In this document: positions 10,211 to 23,076 of the stretch, piece after piece
Position numbering within the stretch: position 1 is the stretch's first letter
Layout of the letters: the number at the start of each line of letters is the position of its first letter
From: Planctomycetota bacterium
Lineage (GTDB): Bacteria; Planctomycetota; B15-G4
Length of the DNA stretch: 64,000 nucleotides
Assembly (NCBI GenBank): GCA_038212275.1
Contig: JBBQUR010000007.1
Span: 1-64,000, forward strand
Reading direction: 5' to 3'
Notes under the pieces: generated by a model
What the model was told of the DNA's origin: nothing
Database searches by the model: none
The model's input: only the letters and a program-made list of their open reading frames with translations
Made by a program: the position numbers and the translations under genes

Positions 10211-10330
10211 GCAGCCGGATCCCGGGCTGAAGTTCGGGCTTCCATCCTGTCGAAAGCGGCAGGCGTTCCCTCGTGCCTGTGCGGATTCCGGCAGGTCGCG
10301 TGACGTCCGACCCACCCGAGCAGGCGACCG

Positions 10331-13210
<2,880 letters not shown>

Positions 13211-15383
13211 AGGCCGCCTGGGCGCTGTTGGCCGATCCGCCATGGCCGCCCTCGATGTTCTCGTAGTAGAGCGGCGCGTGGCCGCGCTCCAGCAGGCGCG
13301 CGACCATCTTGCGCGCGTGGCCGGGGTGCACGCGGTCGTCGCGCGTCGAGGTCATGAAGAGCGTCGGCGGCAAGCTGCTGCCGGCGCGCACGCCGTGGTA
13401 GGGCGAGTAGCGCTGCAGGAACTCCCATGCCTGCGGGTCGTCCGGGTCGCCGTACTCCGCGGCCCATGAGGCGCCTGCGAGCAGCTTCGTGTAGCGGCGC
13501 ATGTCGAGCAGCGGCACGCGGCACACGATGGCGCCGAAGAGCTGCGGATACGTCGTGAGCATGTTGCCCACGAGCAGCCCGCCGTTGCTGCCGCCCTCGC
13601 AGCCGAGGTGCGCCGGCGAGGTGACGCGACGGGCGACGAGGTCCCGCGCCACCGCAGCGAAGTCCTCGTAGGCCTTGTGCCGCTTGGCCTTCAGCGCAGC
13701 CTGATGCCAGCCCGGCCCGAACTCGCCTCCGCCACGGATATTCGCCACGACGAACACGCCGCCACGCTCTAGCCAGCCCGCGCCGACGGCCGCCTTGTAG
13801 CCGGGCGTGAGCGGCACCTCGAAGCCTCCGTAGCCGTAGAGGATCGTCGGCGCGCTTCCGTCGAGCGCCGTCGATGCGCGCCCGCGCCGGCCGTCGCGCC
13901 CGAGCCGGCGCTCGCGTCCGATCTGGCAGTAGGGAATGGCCGTGCCGTCGTCGGACGCGGCCTCGTGCCAGGTGATCGCGACGCCGCTCGCGTCGAAGAA
14001 GGCCGGCAGCTGGCGCAGCAGCTCGGGTGGTGCGGCGGCATCCGGCGTGCCTGCGGTGTTCAACGCGCCGGTGGTGTTCAGCGTGCCCAGCAGCAGGCTG
14101 GTCGGCGTGCGCTCGTCGGTGACATCGAGGAAGCAGTCGTCGGACTCGTCGGGGTCCACGGGGCGCGCGCCGACGCTGCCGACGTCGGGCGCGCCGGCCA
14201 GCGGCACGCGCGTCCAGCCATCCGGCCCGTGCGTCACGACGTAGAGCCGGTTGCGCACATTGTCGAGCACGTTGAGCAGGAAGGCGTGCTTCGTCGCGGC
14301 GAAGCCGGCCAGCGACGTGCGCTCGCCGGGCTCGAAGAGGAGGTCGACGCTGCGCCCTCCCGCGATCCAGTCCTCGAAGCGCGTCGCGATCAGCGAACCT
14401 GCGCGGAGCGTCCGGCCGTCGAGCATCCAGTCGCTGCGCAGCTCGATGAGCAACCACTCGCGCATCGCGCTGGCGCTGGCGTCGTCGGGCTTCTCGATGC
14501 GCACGAGTCCGCCGCCGCGCAGCCAGAACTGCTCGTTGGTGTAGAACGTGACGGAGCGCGACACGAAGTCGCGCTGAAAGCCCGGCGTGTGATCGCGCCA
14601 CGCGGAGACGGAGACGTCCGCGCTCCGACCCTCGAAGACGGTTTCCGCCGTGTCGAGCGGCGTGCCCCGGCGCCACAGCTTCGCGAGGCGCGGATAGCCG
14701 GAGTCCGTCATTGAACCCGGGCCGAAGTCCGTGGCGACGAAGACACTGTCCGCGTCGCGCCAGCTCATGCCGCCCTTGGCCTCGGGCAGCACGAAGCCGC
14801 CCGGAACGAAGGCCCGCGTGGTCAGGTCGAACTCGCGCACGACGGTCGCGTCGGCGCCGCCGCGCGACAGGGCGATGAGTGCGCGCGTGCGGTCGGGACG
14901 GCGCATCTCCGCCCCGTGCCAGACCCAGTTCTCGCCCTCCGCCGCGGCCAGCGCGTCCAGGTCCAGCACGATGTCCCAGTCAGGCGCGGGCTTCCTGTAC
15001 TCGGCCAGCGTCGTGCGCCGCCACAGGCCGCGCACATGCTGCGCATCGCGCCAGAAGTTGTAGAAGAACTCACCGTGCTTGCCGACGTAGGGAATGCGCT
15101 CCTGCGAATCGAAGATCGCGAGCAGGCGCGCCTGCAACGCCAGGAACTCGCTCGACTCCGCCAGCGCGTGCGTCGTCACCGCGTTGCGAGCCCGCACCCA
15201 GTCAAGCGCGCGCTCGCCGGTCACGTCCTCGAGCCACAGATACGGATCATCCAGCGCGGCGTCATTGCTCATGCTGCGACGGTAGCGCGGCCGATGCGGC
15301 TTCGTCCACGGCGAGTCGGAGGCGAGTCGGAGCGGACAGTGTGCGCAGCGGGCATCGGGTCTGACGCCGCCCGCACTGCGAGG

Positions 15384-16592
15384 TCAGCGGGGAACCAGAC
15401 TCACGACCAGCTCGAGCCCCATCGTCCCGGGGAAGAGGTCCAGCGGCGTCACGCGATCCAGGGCGTAGCCGGCGGCCTTCCACTCTTTCGTGCTGCGTGC
15501 GAGTTCGTCGGGGCCGCAGAAGACCTCGACGATGCGGCGCGGCGTCAGGTGCTGCGCGACCGCGGCGATCACCCCGGGCGGCGTGCCGGCGCGCGGCGGG
15601 TCGAGCAGCACGATGCTGCTGTCGGCAGCGACGTCGCGGCGCGTGAGCTGAGCAGCGGCGCGCGCGATGGCCTCGATGTCGTCGCGACCGCGCAGCGTTC
15701 TTCGCAGCGCAAGCACGATCCCGCCGGCGCGGTGCACGGCGTGACGCGCGTTGTCCACCGTGGCCTCGTCGGCGTCCACCGCGACGACACGCCGCACGTC
15801 GCGCGCGAAGGCGGCGCCGAACAGGCCGTAGCCGCAGTAGAGGTCCCACAGCTCGTCGTCGCGGCGCGCGCGCGCGTGCTGCTTCACGACGCCGATGAGC
15901 GCCGGTACCATCGCGAGATTCACCTGGCTGAACGAGAAGACGCCCACCTGGTGGCTGACCCCGCCGACCTGCTGGCGCCACGCGGCCGCGCCGAAGAGCT
16001 TCTTCGCGCCGACGCCATCGGCCGGGCGCTCCAGCTCCAGGTAGTAGCGGCTGCCTTTCGGGTCGTGATAGATCCACGCGTGCCGCACCGCGGCGTGCGC
16101 CTCCGCGACGCGCTCGGCCAGCGTGCGCAGGCTGCGCACGACGCGCGCGTCGAGGATCCGCACATTGAGGATGAGCACCAGTTCCTCGTAGCTGCCGCGC
16201 AGGATGACGTGGTTCACGGCACGCGCCAGCGCCGGCGTCATCGCGCCCAGCAGTCGCGCGACGGTCGCGTAAACCGCCGCGTGCAGCTCCGGCTCCAGCG
16301 GGCTGCCGTCCTGCGCCTTGCCGCCGCCGCCATGCACGAGGCGCGCCCCGCCGCGCGGAAACTCCGCGCGGCGTCGCGACGTCGTGCGATAGCCGCGCGG
16401 CTCCGGCGCCGGCAGCAGCTCGTCCGTCAGCGCCGGCGCGATGTCCAGCGTCGCCAGGAAGGCCGCGACGCCCTCGCGCTTCACGGCCAGCTCGACCTCG
16501 TAGGGCAGGTGCGCGAAGGGCTCGACGGCGTCGCCGAGCGCGACGCGCTGACGTCGCGCGGCGTCGCGCAGGCACGTGTCGAGAGTCGTCAT
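15384..16592 (-). CDS. RlmD/TrmA-family RNA m5U methyltransferase
   Basis: FSQVN, DLYCGYGLFG, LLDPPRAG, catalytic Cys (FCGP), DLFPGT..LE; no TRAM domain or CxxxxxCGGC motif visible. Confidence 0.8.
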   Translation of the reverse strand: MTTLDTCLRDAARRQRVALGDAVEPFAHLPYEVELAVKREGVAAFLATLDIAPALTDELLPAPEPRGYRTTSRRRAEFPRGGARLVHGGGGKAQDGSPLEPELHAAVYATVARLLGAMTPALARAVNHVILRGSYEELVLILNVRILDARVVRSLRTLAERVAEAHAAVRHAWIYHDPKGSRYYLELERPADGVGAKKLFGAAAWRQQVGGVSHQVGVFSFSQVNLAMVPALIGVVKQHARARRDDELWDLYCGYGLFGAAFARDVRRVVAVDADEATVDNARHAVHRAGGIVLALRRTLRGRDDIEAIARAAAQLTRRDVAADSSIVLLDPPRAGTPPGVIAAVAQHLTPRRIVEVFCGPDELARSTKEWKAAGYALDRVTPLDLFPGTMGLELVVSLVPR

Positions 16593-16628
16593 GAGGTCCT
16601 TGCGGCGGCGGCGTGCATGCCCGGACGC

Positions 16629-18401
16629 CTACCAGTCCGTCGGCCGGTAGTCCTTCAGGAACTTGCCCCAGAGGTGCTCGCCCGTGTTGAGGCCCGACAT
16701 GATGGGGTCCACGATGCGCGCCGCGCCGTCCACGATGTCGAGCGGCGGGTGGAAGCGGTGCTCGGAGACCTTGCGCGCGGCGATCTCCGCCGGGTCCTCA
16801 TCGGTGACCCAGCCGGTGTCCACGCTGTTCATGTGGATGCCGTCGGCGTGGTACTCGGCCGCGGAGGTGCGCGTCATCATGTTGAGCGCGGCCTTGGCCA
16901 TGTTCGTGTGCGGATGCCGCGTGGACTTCTGCCGCCGGTAGAACTGCCCCTCCACCGCGGACACGTTGACGATGTGCTTGTCGCGCCCCGGCGTGCGCAG
17001 CATGAGCGCCTTGAGCCGCGCATTGAAGATGAAGGGTGCGACGGCGTTCACGAGCTGCACCTCGAGGAACTCCACCGCCGGCACGTCGGCCAGCAGCATG
17101 CGCCACGAGTTGCGCGCGCGCAGGTCCACCTGCTGCATGTCCGCGTCGAGGCGGCCCTGCGGAAAGAGGTCCGCGCGCGCCTGCAGCTCTTCGGGCAGCA
17201 GCGGCACCTGCGAAAGCTCGGCGGCGTGCGTGAGGCCGGCGACCTCCGACAGCCCGCGCGGCAGCCGCGCCTCGGGCGTGCCGGCGGCGAGGTCTGCGGC
17301 ACCGGCACGCGCCGCTGCGAGGGACTGCTCTGCCTCGCCCTCGGGCAGCATGCTGTAGCCGCGCAGGCCTTCGTAGGCGCCGAGCAGCTTGCGCACTCGC
17401 TCCGGCATGCCGTTCAGCGCTGCCGTCTCGCCCTGCATCATGTGCGCATAGAAATCGGGCGGGCGCCGCACGGTCTGGCAGGCATTGTTGATGATGAAGT
17501 CCAGCCGCTCGTGCGTGGCGATGAGCTCGCGGCAGAAGGCTTCGACGCTGGGCGTGTGGCGCAGGTCGAGGCCGAAGATCTCCAGCCGGTGCCCCCACGT
17601 CTCGAAGTCCGGCTCCCGGGCGTAGCGCGCCGCCGAGTCGCGCGGGAAACGCGTCGTGACGATGAGCTGCGCCCCGGCGCGCAGCAGCTTGAGCCCGGCC
17701 TGGTAGCCGATCTTCACGCGCCCGCCGGTGAGCAGCGCCACGCGGCCGGTGAGGTCCGCCAGTTCGGTGCGCTTGTCGTAGTTGAACGCCGCGCACGCGG
17801 GGCACAGCTGGTCGTAGAAGTGGTGGATGATCTCGTAGGTGGTCTTGCAGACGTAGCAGACCTGCGGCTCAGCCACCTGGCGCGGCGCGTCGAAGGAGCC
17901 CGCTGCCGCGTGCGGCGCGTGCGCGTCGCCCCCCTCCGTGATCGCCAGCGGCTGGAAGCCGGCCGGCGCGAAGACGTTGGGCGAGGCGAAGACCGGCTTG
18001 CGCCGCAGCTTGCGGATGCCCGTGTCGTGCAGCACGACCTCCTCGCGCCGGATGCGCGCCGCCTTGCGCTCGCGCTTGCTGGCCTTCACCACGCGGCGAC
18101 GCGAGGCCGCATCGGGCCGCGACACGAGGCCCGCGGCGCGCACGAGCCGCATGCGGTCGTCGCTGGACACGCCGACGAGCAGCTCGCGGTTGTCGACCAC
18201 TGCCTCGAGCAGCAACGCCGCCTCGCGCAGGCGCTGCACGAAGGCCGGGTCGCCGGGAGCAGGAGCGGACGCGGGATCAGGCGCCGGAGCGGGAGCAGGA
18301 GAAGCAGCCGCGCCATCCGCGCTGGCACCGACACCGGCATCGGCATCGGCGCCGGCGTCGACACTGGCGTCGGCGCTGGCATCGGGAAAACTAGCTGACA
18401 T
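16629..18401 (-). CDS. SDR-family oxidoreductase with a CxxC...CxxC module before the Rossmann fold
   Basis: CYVC...CPAC, TGGRVKIG, INNA, HTNMAKAALNM, VDTGW. Confidence 0.8.
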   Translation of the reverse strand: MSASFPDASADASVDAGADADAGVGASADGAAASPAPAPAPDPASAPAPGDPAFVQRLREAALLLEAVVDNRELLVGVSSDDRMRLVRAAGLVSRPDAASRRRVVKASKRERKAARIRREEVVLHDTGIRKLRRKPVFASPNVFAPAGFQPLAITEGGDAHAPHAAAGSFDAPRQVAEPQVCYVCKTTYEIIHHFYDQLCPACAAFNYDKRTELADLTGRVALLTGGRVKIGYQAGLKLLRAGAQLIVTTRFPRDSAARYAREPDFETWGHRLEIFGLDLRHTPSVEAFCRELIATHERLDFIINNACQTVRRPPDFYAHMMQGETAALNGMPERVRKLLGAYEGLRGYSMLPEGEAEQSLAAARAGAADLAAGTPEARLPRGLSEVAGLTHAAELSQVPLLPEELQARADLFPQGRLDADMQQVDLRARNSWRMLLADVPAVEFLEVQLVNAVAPFIFNARLKALMLRTPGRDKHIVNVSAVEGQFYRRQKSTRHPHTNMAKAALNMMTRTSAAEYHADGIHMNSVDTGWVTDEDPAEIAARKVSEHRFHPPLDIVDGAARIVDPIMSGLNTGEHLWGKFLKDYRPTDW

Positions 18402-18596
18402 GGGCGTGAAACCGGGGCCCTCCGGCGGCCCGTCCCGCAGGCGGACCGATGCCGGAGCACCATGAGTGGTGACGAACAGGGCCTCCAAGATACCGACCGT
18501 GCCGGGGAGGGAGGGCATCCCGCCCCGACACGATCGGCTTCCGGAGGCCGGCTCGCGGCGTCGGGCGGCCGGGCGGCGCGCTCTCGCTCCGCCCGT

Positions 18597-18649
18597 CCTG
18601 CCGCGCCCGACCTGCCGCGCCCGACCTGCCGCGCGCGGCCTGCGCCCGA
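18597..18649 (+). repeat. 14-bp tandem repeat CCTGCCGCGCCCGA, about 3.8 copies, degenerating
   Basis: Seen directly, abutting the stop of the 18651-19916 gene. Confidence 0.75.
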
Positions 18650-18650
18650 A

Positions 18651-19916
18651 CTACGGCTCGTTCACGTAGATCAGGTGCTCCGTCGGCCGGATGCTGCCCA
18701 GGATCGGCAGCGGATACGGCCCGAGCAGCGGCGCGCTGTAGTTGTCCGCGATGTCCGTGAAGTTCGTGACGACCACCGGGATCGGCAGCAGCACGGCCCA
18801 GCCGTCCCTCGTCGAGCCGCCGTACTTCAGCTCCAGGAAGTCGCCCGTGCAGGCATCCTGCTGCACGAAGAGGCCCTCATCCACCCAGGCGGTCTCCTTG
18901 CCGGGATACATGTTCGGGTTGGACCACGTGCCCACGCTCGTGGTCACCATGTGCATCCACGGCAGCGTGGGGAAGTTGATGTTCAGCGACGCCCACGCAC
19001 CCTGCACGCCGGTCGCGCTGACGCACGCCGTCGTGCCCGTGAACTGCCGCAGCGTGTGCTGTTTGGGCGTGCTGGCGATGTTCGCCAGGCAGCCGGCGCC
19101 CAGCTTGGTCATCGCGCCCTGCAGCACGCGATCCTCGGCCAGGCAGACGGCCGGCGGGATGCCCGGGACATTCACGTCGCGCGTCGCCTCGCCGAAGAGC
19201 GGGCCGCCGACGGCCATCGTGTTGCCCGGGATGAACGGCTGCAGCGCCGAGTGCGGGGCGATGATCGCGTAGGACTGGCCGGGGTGGAAGACGCCGGGCT
19301 TGTCGGAGAGACCCGGCGCGTGGATGAAGCGGTCGGGCGCGTGGTTCAGCACGAGCACGTTCTGCCAGGCGCCCGTCACGTTGCAGGTGGCGTAGTCCAC
19401 GTAGCCGTAGAAGAACGCGGTCGGGTGCGGCCCGAACGGCGCGATGCAGCTGGGGATCGGGCAGTTCGCGGCGAGGCCGCCGGGAACGAAGCTGAGGTCG
19501 GCCTTCGCGGTGAAGCGCCAGACCTGGATCGCGTTGCCGACCGGGTCGATCTCGCGCCAGGTGCGCGTGTAGTTCAGCACCATGGGACCTGACATGAGCG
19601 GCAGGCCGGAGACGGCGTCGTTCACGACGAGCTTGGTTTTGTACTCGGTGCAGGCCGGCTGATTCGGCGTGCTCCAGGTGACCTGCAGCGGGCGCTGCAG
19701 ACCCTGCGTGCAGCGGTCCCAGCAGGCACCCAGCCCGGGAAGCGCCACCGCCGGAAACTGCGGCAGGTTGGGGAAGACCTGGCCGCAGCACGGCCCGAGG
19801 TCAAGGCCATCGGGCCCGAAGCATTGCGCGGACGCGGTGGGCGATGGGCCACAGAAAAGCAGTGCGGCCGCGAGCAGCGGAGCCAGCACGAAGGGATGAC
19901 CGGACAGGATCTTCAC
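18651..19916 (-). CDS. Secreted Cys-rich hypothetical protein
   Basis: GGAGG RBS with GTG start; signal peptide ending ASA|Q; about 13 Cys in the mature part; typical codon bias. Confidence 0.75.
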   Translation of the reverse strand: MKILSGHPFVLAPLLAAALLFCGPSPTASAQCFGPDGLDLGPCCGQVFPNLPQFPAVALPGLGACWDRCTQGLQRPLQVTWSTPNQPACTEYKTKLVVNDAVSGLPLMSGPMVLNYTRTWREIDPVGNAIQVWRFTAKADLSFVPGGLAANCPIPSCIAPFGPHPTAFFYGYVDYATCNVTGAWQNVLVLNHAPDRFIHAPGLSDKPGVFHPGQSYAIIAPHSALQPFIPGNTMAVGGPLFGEATRDVNVPGIPPAVCLAEDRVLQGAMTKLGAGCLANIASTPKQHTLRQFTGTTACVSATGVQGAWASLNINFPTLPWMHMVTTSVGTWSNPNMYPGKETAWVDEGLFVQQDACTGDFLELKYGGSTRDGWAVLLPIPVVVTNFTDIADNYSAPLLGPYPLPILGSIRPTEHLIYVNEP

Positions 19917-20185
19917 GAGCGAACCTCCGAGGCGAGAGAGAGTGGGAGAGAGGCACGACGGCCAGGCCGGAGCAGCGAGGCCCAGCCGCATGAACCCGAG
20001 GCCTCCACGAAATGGCAGGCGAGTCACGAGCAGGAGCACGCCCGCGCATCGTGCAGCGCATGAGGTCCGGAGTGCCATGCTGGTTCCGTGCGGACTGGCT
20101 GCTTCGGGAAGCTGCCGAGTCTCACTGCACATGCATGCTGTCGCGGCTCGGGCCCCATCGCGCGAGTCGACGAACACCTGCCCCC

Positions 20186-20220
20186 TTGACGGCCGCCGCC
20201 GCGTCAACTACATCTGTAGT
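20186..20220 (+). promoter_or_regulatory. BlaI/MecI/CopY-type operator ACTACA-TC-TGTAGT (20207-20220) overlapping a putative promoter
   Basis: Perfect TACA-N2-TGTA palindrome. TTGACG at 20186-20191 puts the -10 position inside the operator. Confidence 0.85.
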
Positions 20221-20256
20221 CGTACGGGCACGATGCACAGGATGCACGGGACGACC

Positions 20257-20643
20257 ATGGCCTCGACCAAGCGCACCATTCACCTTTCCGAACTGCAGCT
20301 CGCGGTGATCCGCGTGCTCTGGAAGCGCGGCGAGGCCTCCACGGCCGAGGTCGTCGCGGACCTCGGCCCCAAGCGCGGGCTGGCGACGACCACGGTGGCC
20401 ACGCTGCTCACGCGCCTCGGCAAGCGCGGCGTGCTCGGCCAGCGCCGCGAAGGCCGCACGCTCATCTACCGCGCGCTGGTCACGGAGCAGCAGGTGCAGC
20501 GCTCGATGGTCGCCGACCTCATCGCGACGCTGTTCAAGGGCGACCCGGCCGCGCTCGTCGCGCACCTGGTCGACGAGGAAGACGTGGCCCCCGGTGACGT
20601 GGCAAAGGTGCGCGCGCGCCTGAAGGAGTCCGACCGTGGGTGA
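20257..20643 (+). CDS. blaI: BlaI/MecI/CopY-family repressor
   Basis: LSELQLAVIRVLW...TTVATLLTRL.KRG...R.GR..IY winged HTH; upstream operator; overlaps the M56 gene. Confidence 0.9.
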   Translation: MASTKRTIHLSELQLAVIRVLWKRGEASTAEVVADLGPKRGLATTTVATLLTRLGKRGVLGQRREGRTLIYRALVTEQQVQRSMVADLIATLFKGDPAALVAHLVDEEDVAPGDVAKVRARLKESDRG

Positions 20644-22903
20644 GCTTGCCGCGCTGCTGGTGCTCTGGCTCGCCACGTGGATGCTGCACTCGACGCTGCT
20701 CTACGGGAGCGCATGGTTGATCGAGCGGCTGGGCCTGCTGCGTGCACCGGCCGCGCGCGAGCACCTCTGGCGCGCGGCGATGCTCGGCGCGCTGCTGACC
20801 GCCGGCGTGCAGAGCGCCGGCCTCGTGCAGCGCCTGTCCCCGGGCACACTCGCCATGCTCACTGCACCGCGTGCGACGGCGAGCGAACGCGCGCCGGTTG
20901 CCGACCCCGCCGAGCCGGAGCGTGCGACACGACTCGCAGCCGTCGCGGCGCTCGCAACACCCGATGCACGCACGACACCCGCGGCGCAGCCCGCGGCGCC
21001 GAGTCTGGCGGAGCGCGCGCGGGATACGGTCGCGGAGCACTGGGCCGGCGCGTTGCTCGTGCTCTGGCTCGTCGGGGCCGGCCTCGCCGTGCTTCGGCTG
21101 GTCGCGCTCGCCTGGCTGGCGCAGCGCGAGCTGATCGATCGCGTGCCGGCCGACGGCGCCGTGGCGGCCGAGTTCGTCGCGCTGTGCGACGAGCAGGGCG
21201 TCGCGAGGCCCGTTTTTTCCGTGGCGCCCTCGCTGTCCGGGCCGCTGTCGTTGCCCAACGGCGAGATCGTCGTGCCGCCGTGGGCCGTTGCGGCGCTGAA
21301 CGGACGTCAGCGCCGCGCGATGCTCGCGCACGAACTCGCCCATCAGGTGCGCCGCGACCCGCAATGGCGGAGCTTCGCGCTGGCGCTGCACGCGCTGCTC
21401 TGGCTGCAGCCGCTGCACGGCCTGGCGCGCGCGCGACTCTCGGCGCTGGCTGAACTGCAGGCCGACGCCTGGGCCGCACGCGCCGTCGACGATCCGCGCG
21501 CCCTCGCCGAGTGCCTCGCGGAGTGCGCGGAACGCCTGACCGACCGACGCGCGGCCCTGTTCGGCGCCGCGATGACCAGCCACAGCCTGCTCGTCGAGCG
21601 GGTGGACCAGCTTCTGGAGGGAACTTGCATGCGCGCACAGACGACATCGTGGCAGCTTCGCACCGGCGTGCTGGCGGCGCTGACCGCCGCGGCTTTCGTG
21701 CTCCCCGGGTGCGACATGCAGTCCATCCACCTGAACGGATTCGGCGACTCGACCTCCATCACCATCGCCAACGACGGCGAGACGCATGTGAAGGTCCGTC
21801 GCTCCGGCTACTCGCTGCAGCTGGAGAGCGACGGCCGGGTGGGCTTCCTGGACGACGAATCCGATGTCGCGACGCTCGCGCCCGACTGCAAGTTCACGTT
21901 CAAGGAGACGCTCGATGGCGTGACACACGAGTATTCGGTGAAAGCCGATGCCTCCGGCACGCTCACGCGCAGCTTCGATGGCGTGGCCGGGCCGCTGAAA
22001 GCCGAAGACCGGCAGTGGCTGGCGCTCGCGCTGCCGCGCATGTTCCGCGAATCCGGCTTCGATGCCGAAGCCCGCGTCGCGCGGCTGCTCGCGAGCGGCG
22101 GACCGGCGGCCGTGATCGCCGAGGCGAACCTCACCCTCGCCGACTTCGCGAAGGCCACATACCTCGGCACGCTGCTCGCCACGGCGAAGCTCGACGACGA
22201 AGAGACCGGCGCCGCCCTCGCCTGCGCCGCCACGATCGACTCCGACTACGAGCTGCGCCGGGCGCTCACTGCCGCGCTGGAGACGCAGTCGCTGGACGCG
22301 CCGCGCTTCGTGCTGCTGCTGCAGGCCGCCTCCGGGCTGGGCTCGGACTACGACAAGGCCGAGCTGCTGCTCGAGGCGTCCAAGCGCCTGCCCGCCGATC
22401 CGGCCGCGCACGCCGCGTGGATTGCCGCCACGGACGACATCGGCTCCGACTACGACCTCGGCCGCACGCTGCAGGCCGGGCTCGACCGGTCCGTGAACGA
22501 CGGCGCCTTCACCGCGCTGCTCATCGACTGCGCCGCGGAGCACATCGGTTCGGACTACGAGCTGGGCCAGGTGCTCCAGCAGGTGGCCGCGCGCGGCTCC
22601 GATCCGGCCCTCGCCGCGGCCTATCTCGCGGCCACGCGCCGGCTCGGCTCGGACTACGAATGCCGCACCGCGCTCATGGCCCTGATCGACGAGGCGAAGC
22701 TGGACAACGCCGGCCTCGCGGCCACGCTCGACGTCACGGCCCGGCTCGGGTCGGACTACGAGCGAAGCACGGTGCTCAAGGCGCTGGCCCGGCAGGTCGC
22801 CGCCGACGCGGAGCTCAGTCGACGCTACCGCGAGGTGGCCAGCACGATGTCCGACTACGAGCGCGGCGCAGCGCTGCTGGCGCTCGACGACGCCAGCCGC
22901 TGA
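20636..22903 (+). CDS. BlaR1-type M56 metallopeptidase sensor with a C-terminal SDY[ED] helical-repeat domain
   Basis: TM segments, AHELAH Zn motif, ELQAD; seven repeats of about 37 aa containing SDY[ED]. Confidence 0.85.
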   Translation: MGELAALLVLWLATWMLHSTLLYGSAWLIERLGLLRAPAAREHLWRAAMLGALLTAGVQSAGLVQRLSPGTLAMLTAPRATASERAPVADPAEPERATRLAAVAALATPDARTTPAAQPAAPSLAERARDTVAEHWAGALLVLWLVGAGLAVLRLVALAWLAQRELIDRVPADGAVAAEFVALCDEQGVARPVFSVAPSLSGPLSLPNGEIVVPPWAVAALNGRQRRAMLAHELAHQVRRDPQWRSFALALHALLWLQPLHGLARARLSALAELQADAWAARAVDDPRALAECLAECAERLTDRRAALFGAAMTSHSLLVERVDQLLEGTCMRAQTTSWQLRTGVLAALTAAAFVLPGCDMQSIHLNGFGDSTSITIANDGETHVKVRRSGYSLQLESDGRVGFLDDESDVATLAPDCKFTFKETLDGVTHEYSVKADASGTLTRSFDGVAGPLKAEDRQWLALALPRMFRESGFDAEARVARLLASGGPAAVIAEANLTLADFAKATYLGTLLATAKLDDEETGAALACAATIDSDYELRRALTAALETQSLDAPRFVLLLQAASGLGSDYDKAELLLEASKRLPADPAAHAAWIAATDDIGSDYDLGRTLQAGLDRSVNDGAFTALLIDCAAEHIGSDYELGQVLQQVAARGSDPALAAAYLAATRRLGSDYECRTALMALIDEAKLDNAGLAATLDVTARLGSDYERSTVLKALARQVAADAELSRRYREVASTMSDYERGAALLALDDASR

Positions 22904-23076
22904 GCAAAGCGAATCCCGCCGCACGCCCGGCGCCTCTCCCTCGCTCGTCGCCGCGACCGCTCCGCCCACCGGCCAGACCGGCGTGCGCGTGTCACACGCT
23001 TCCTCGGAATCCGATTCAGGGGCCACGCGATTGCTGCCGCGAAGCGCGCGGCGGACCGCCCTTGGTCGGAGCACCC

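Noticed and set aside
14916..18398. Very long alternative ORFs (this 1160-aa one; also 43318-46722, 46343-49291, 20534-23389, 56000-58729 and others)
   Set aside because: Antisense or off-frame shadows of well-supported genes, expected in high-GC DNA; Arg/Ala-rich with no motifs.
21511..23076. 851-aa ORF as one protein (likewise the 5' parts of 25690-27633, 33025-34473, 45745-47289 and 50310-52526)
   Set aside because: Only the distal part has a plausible start and protein-like composition; the rest overlaps real genes in another frame.
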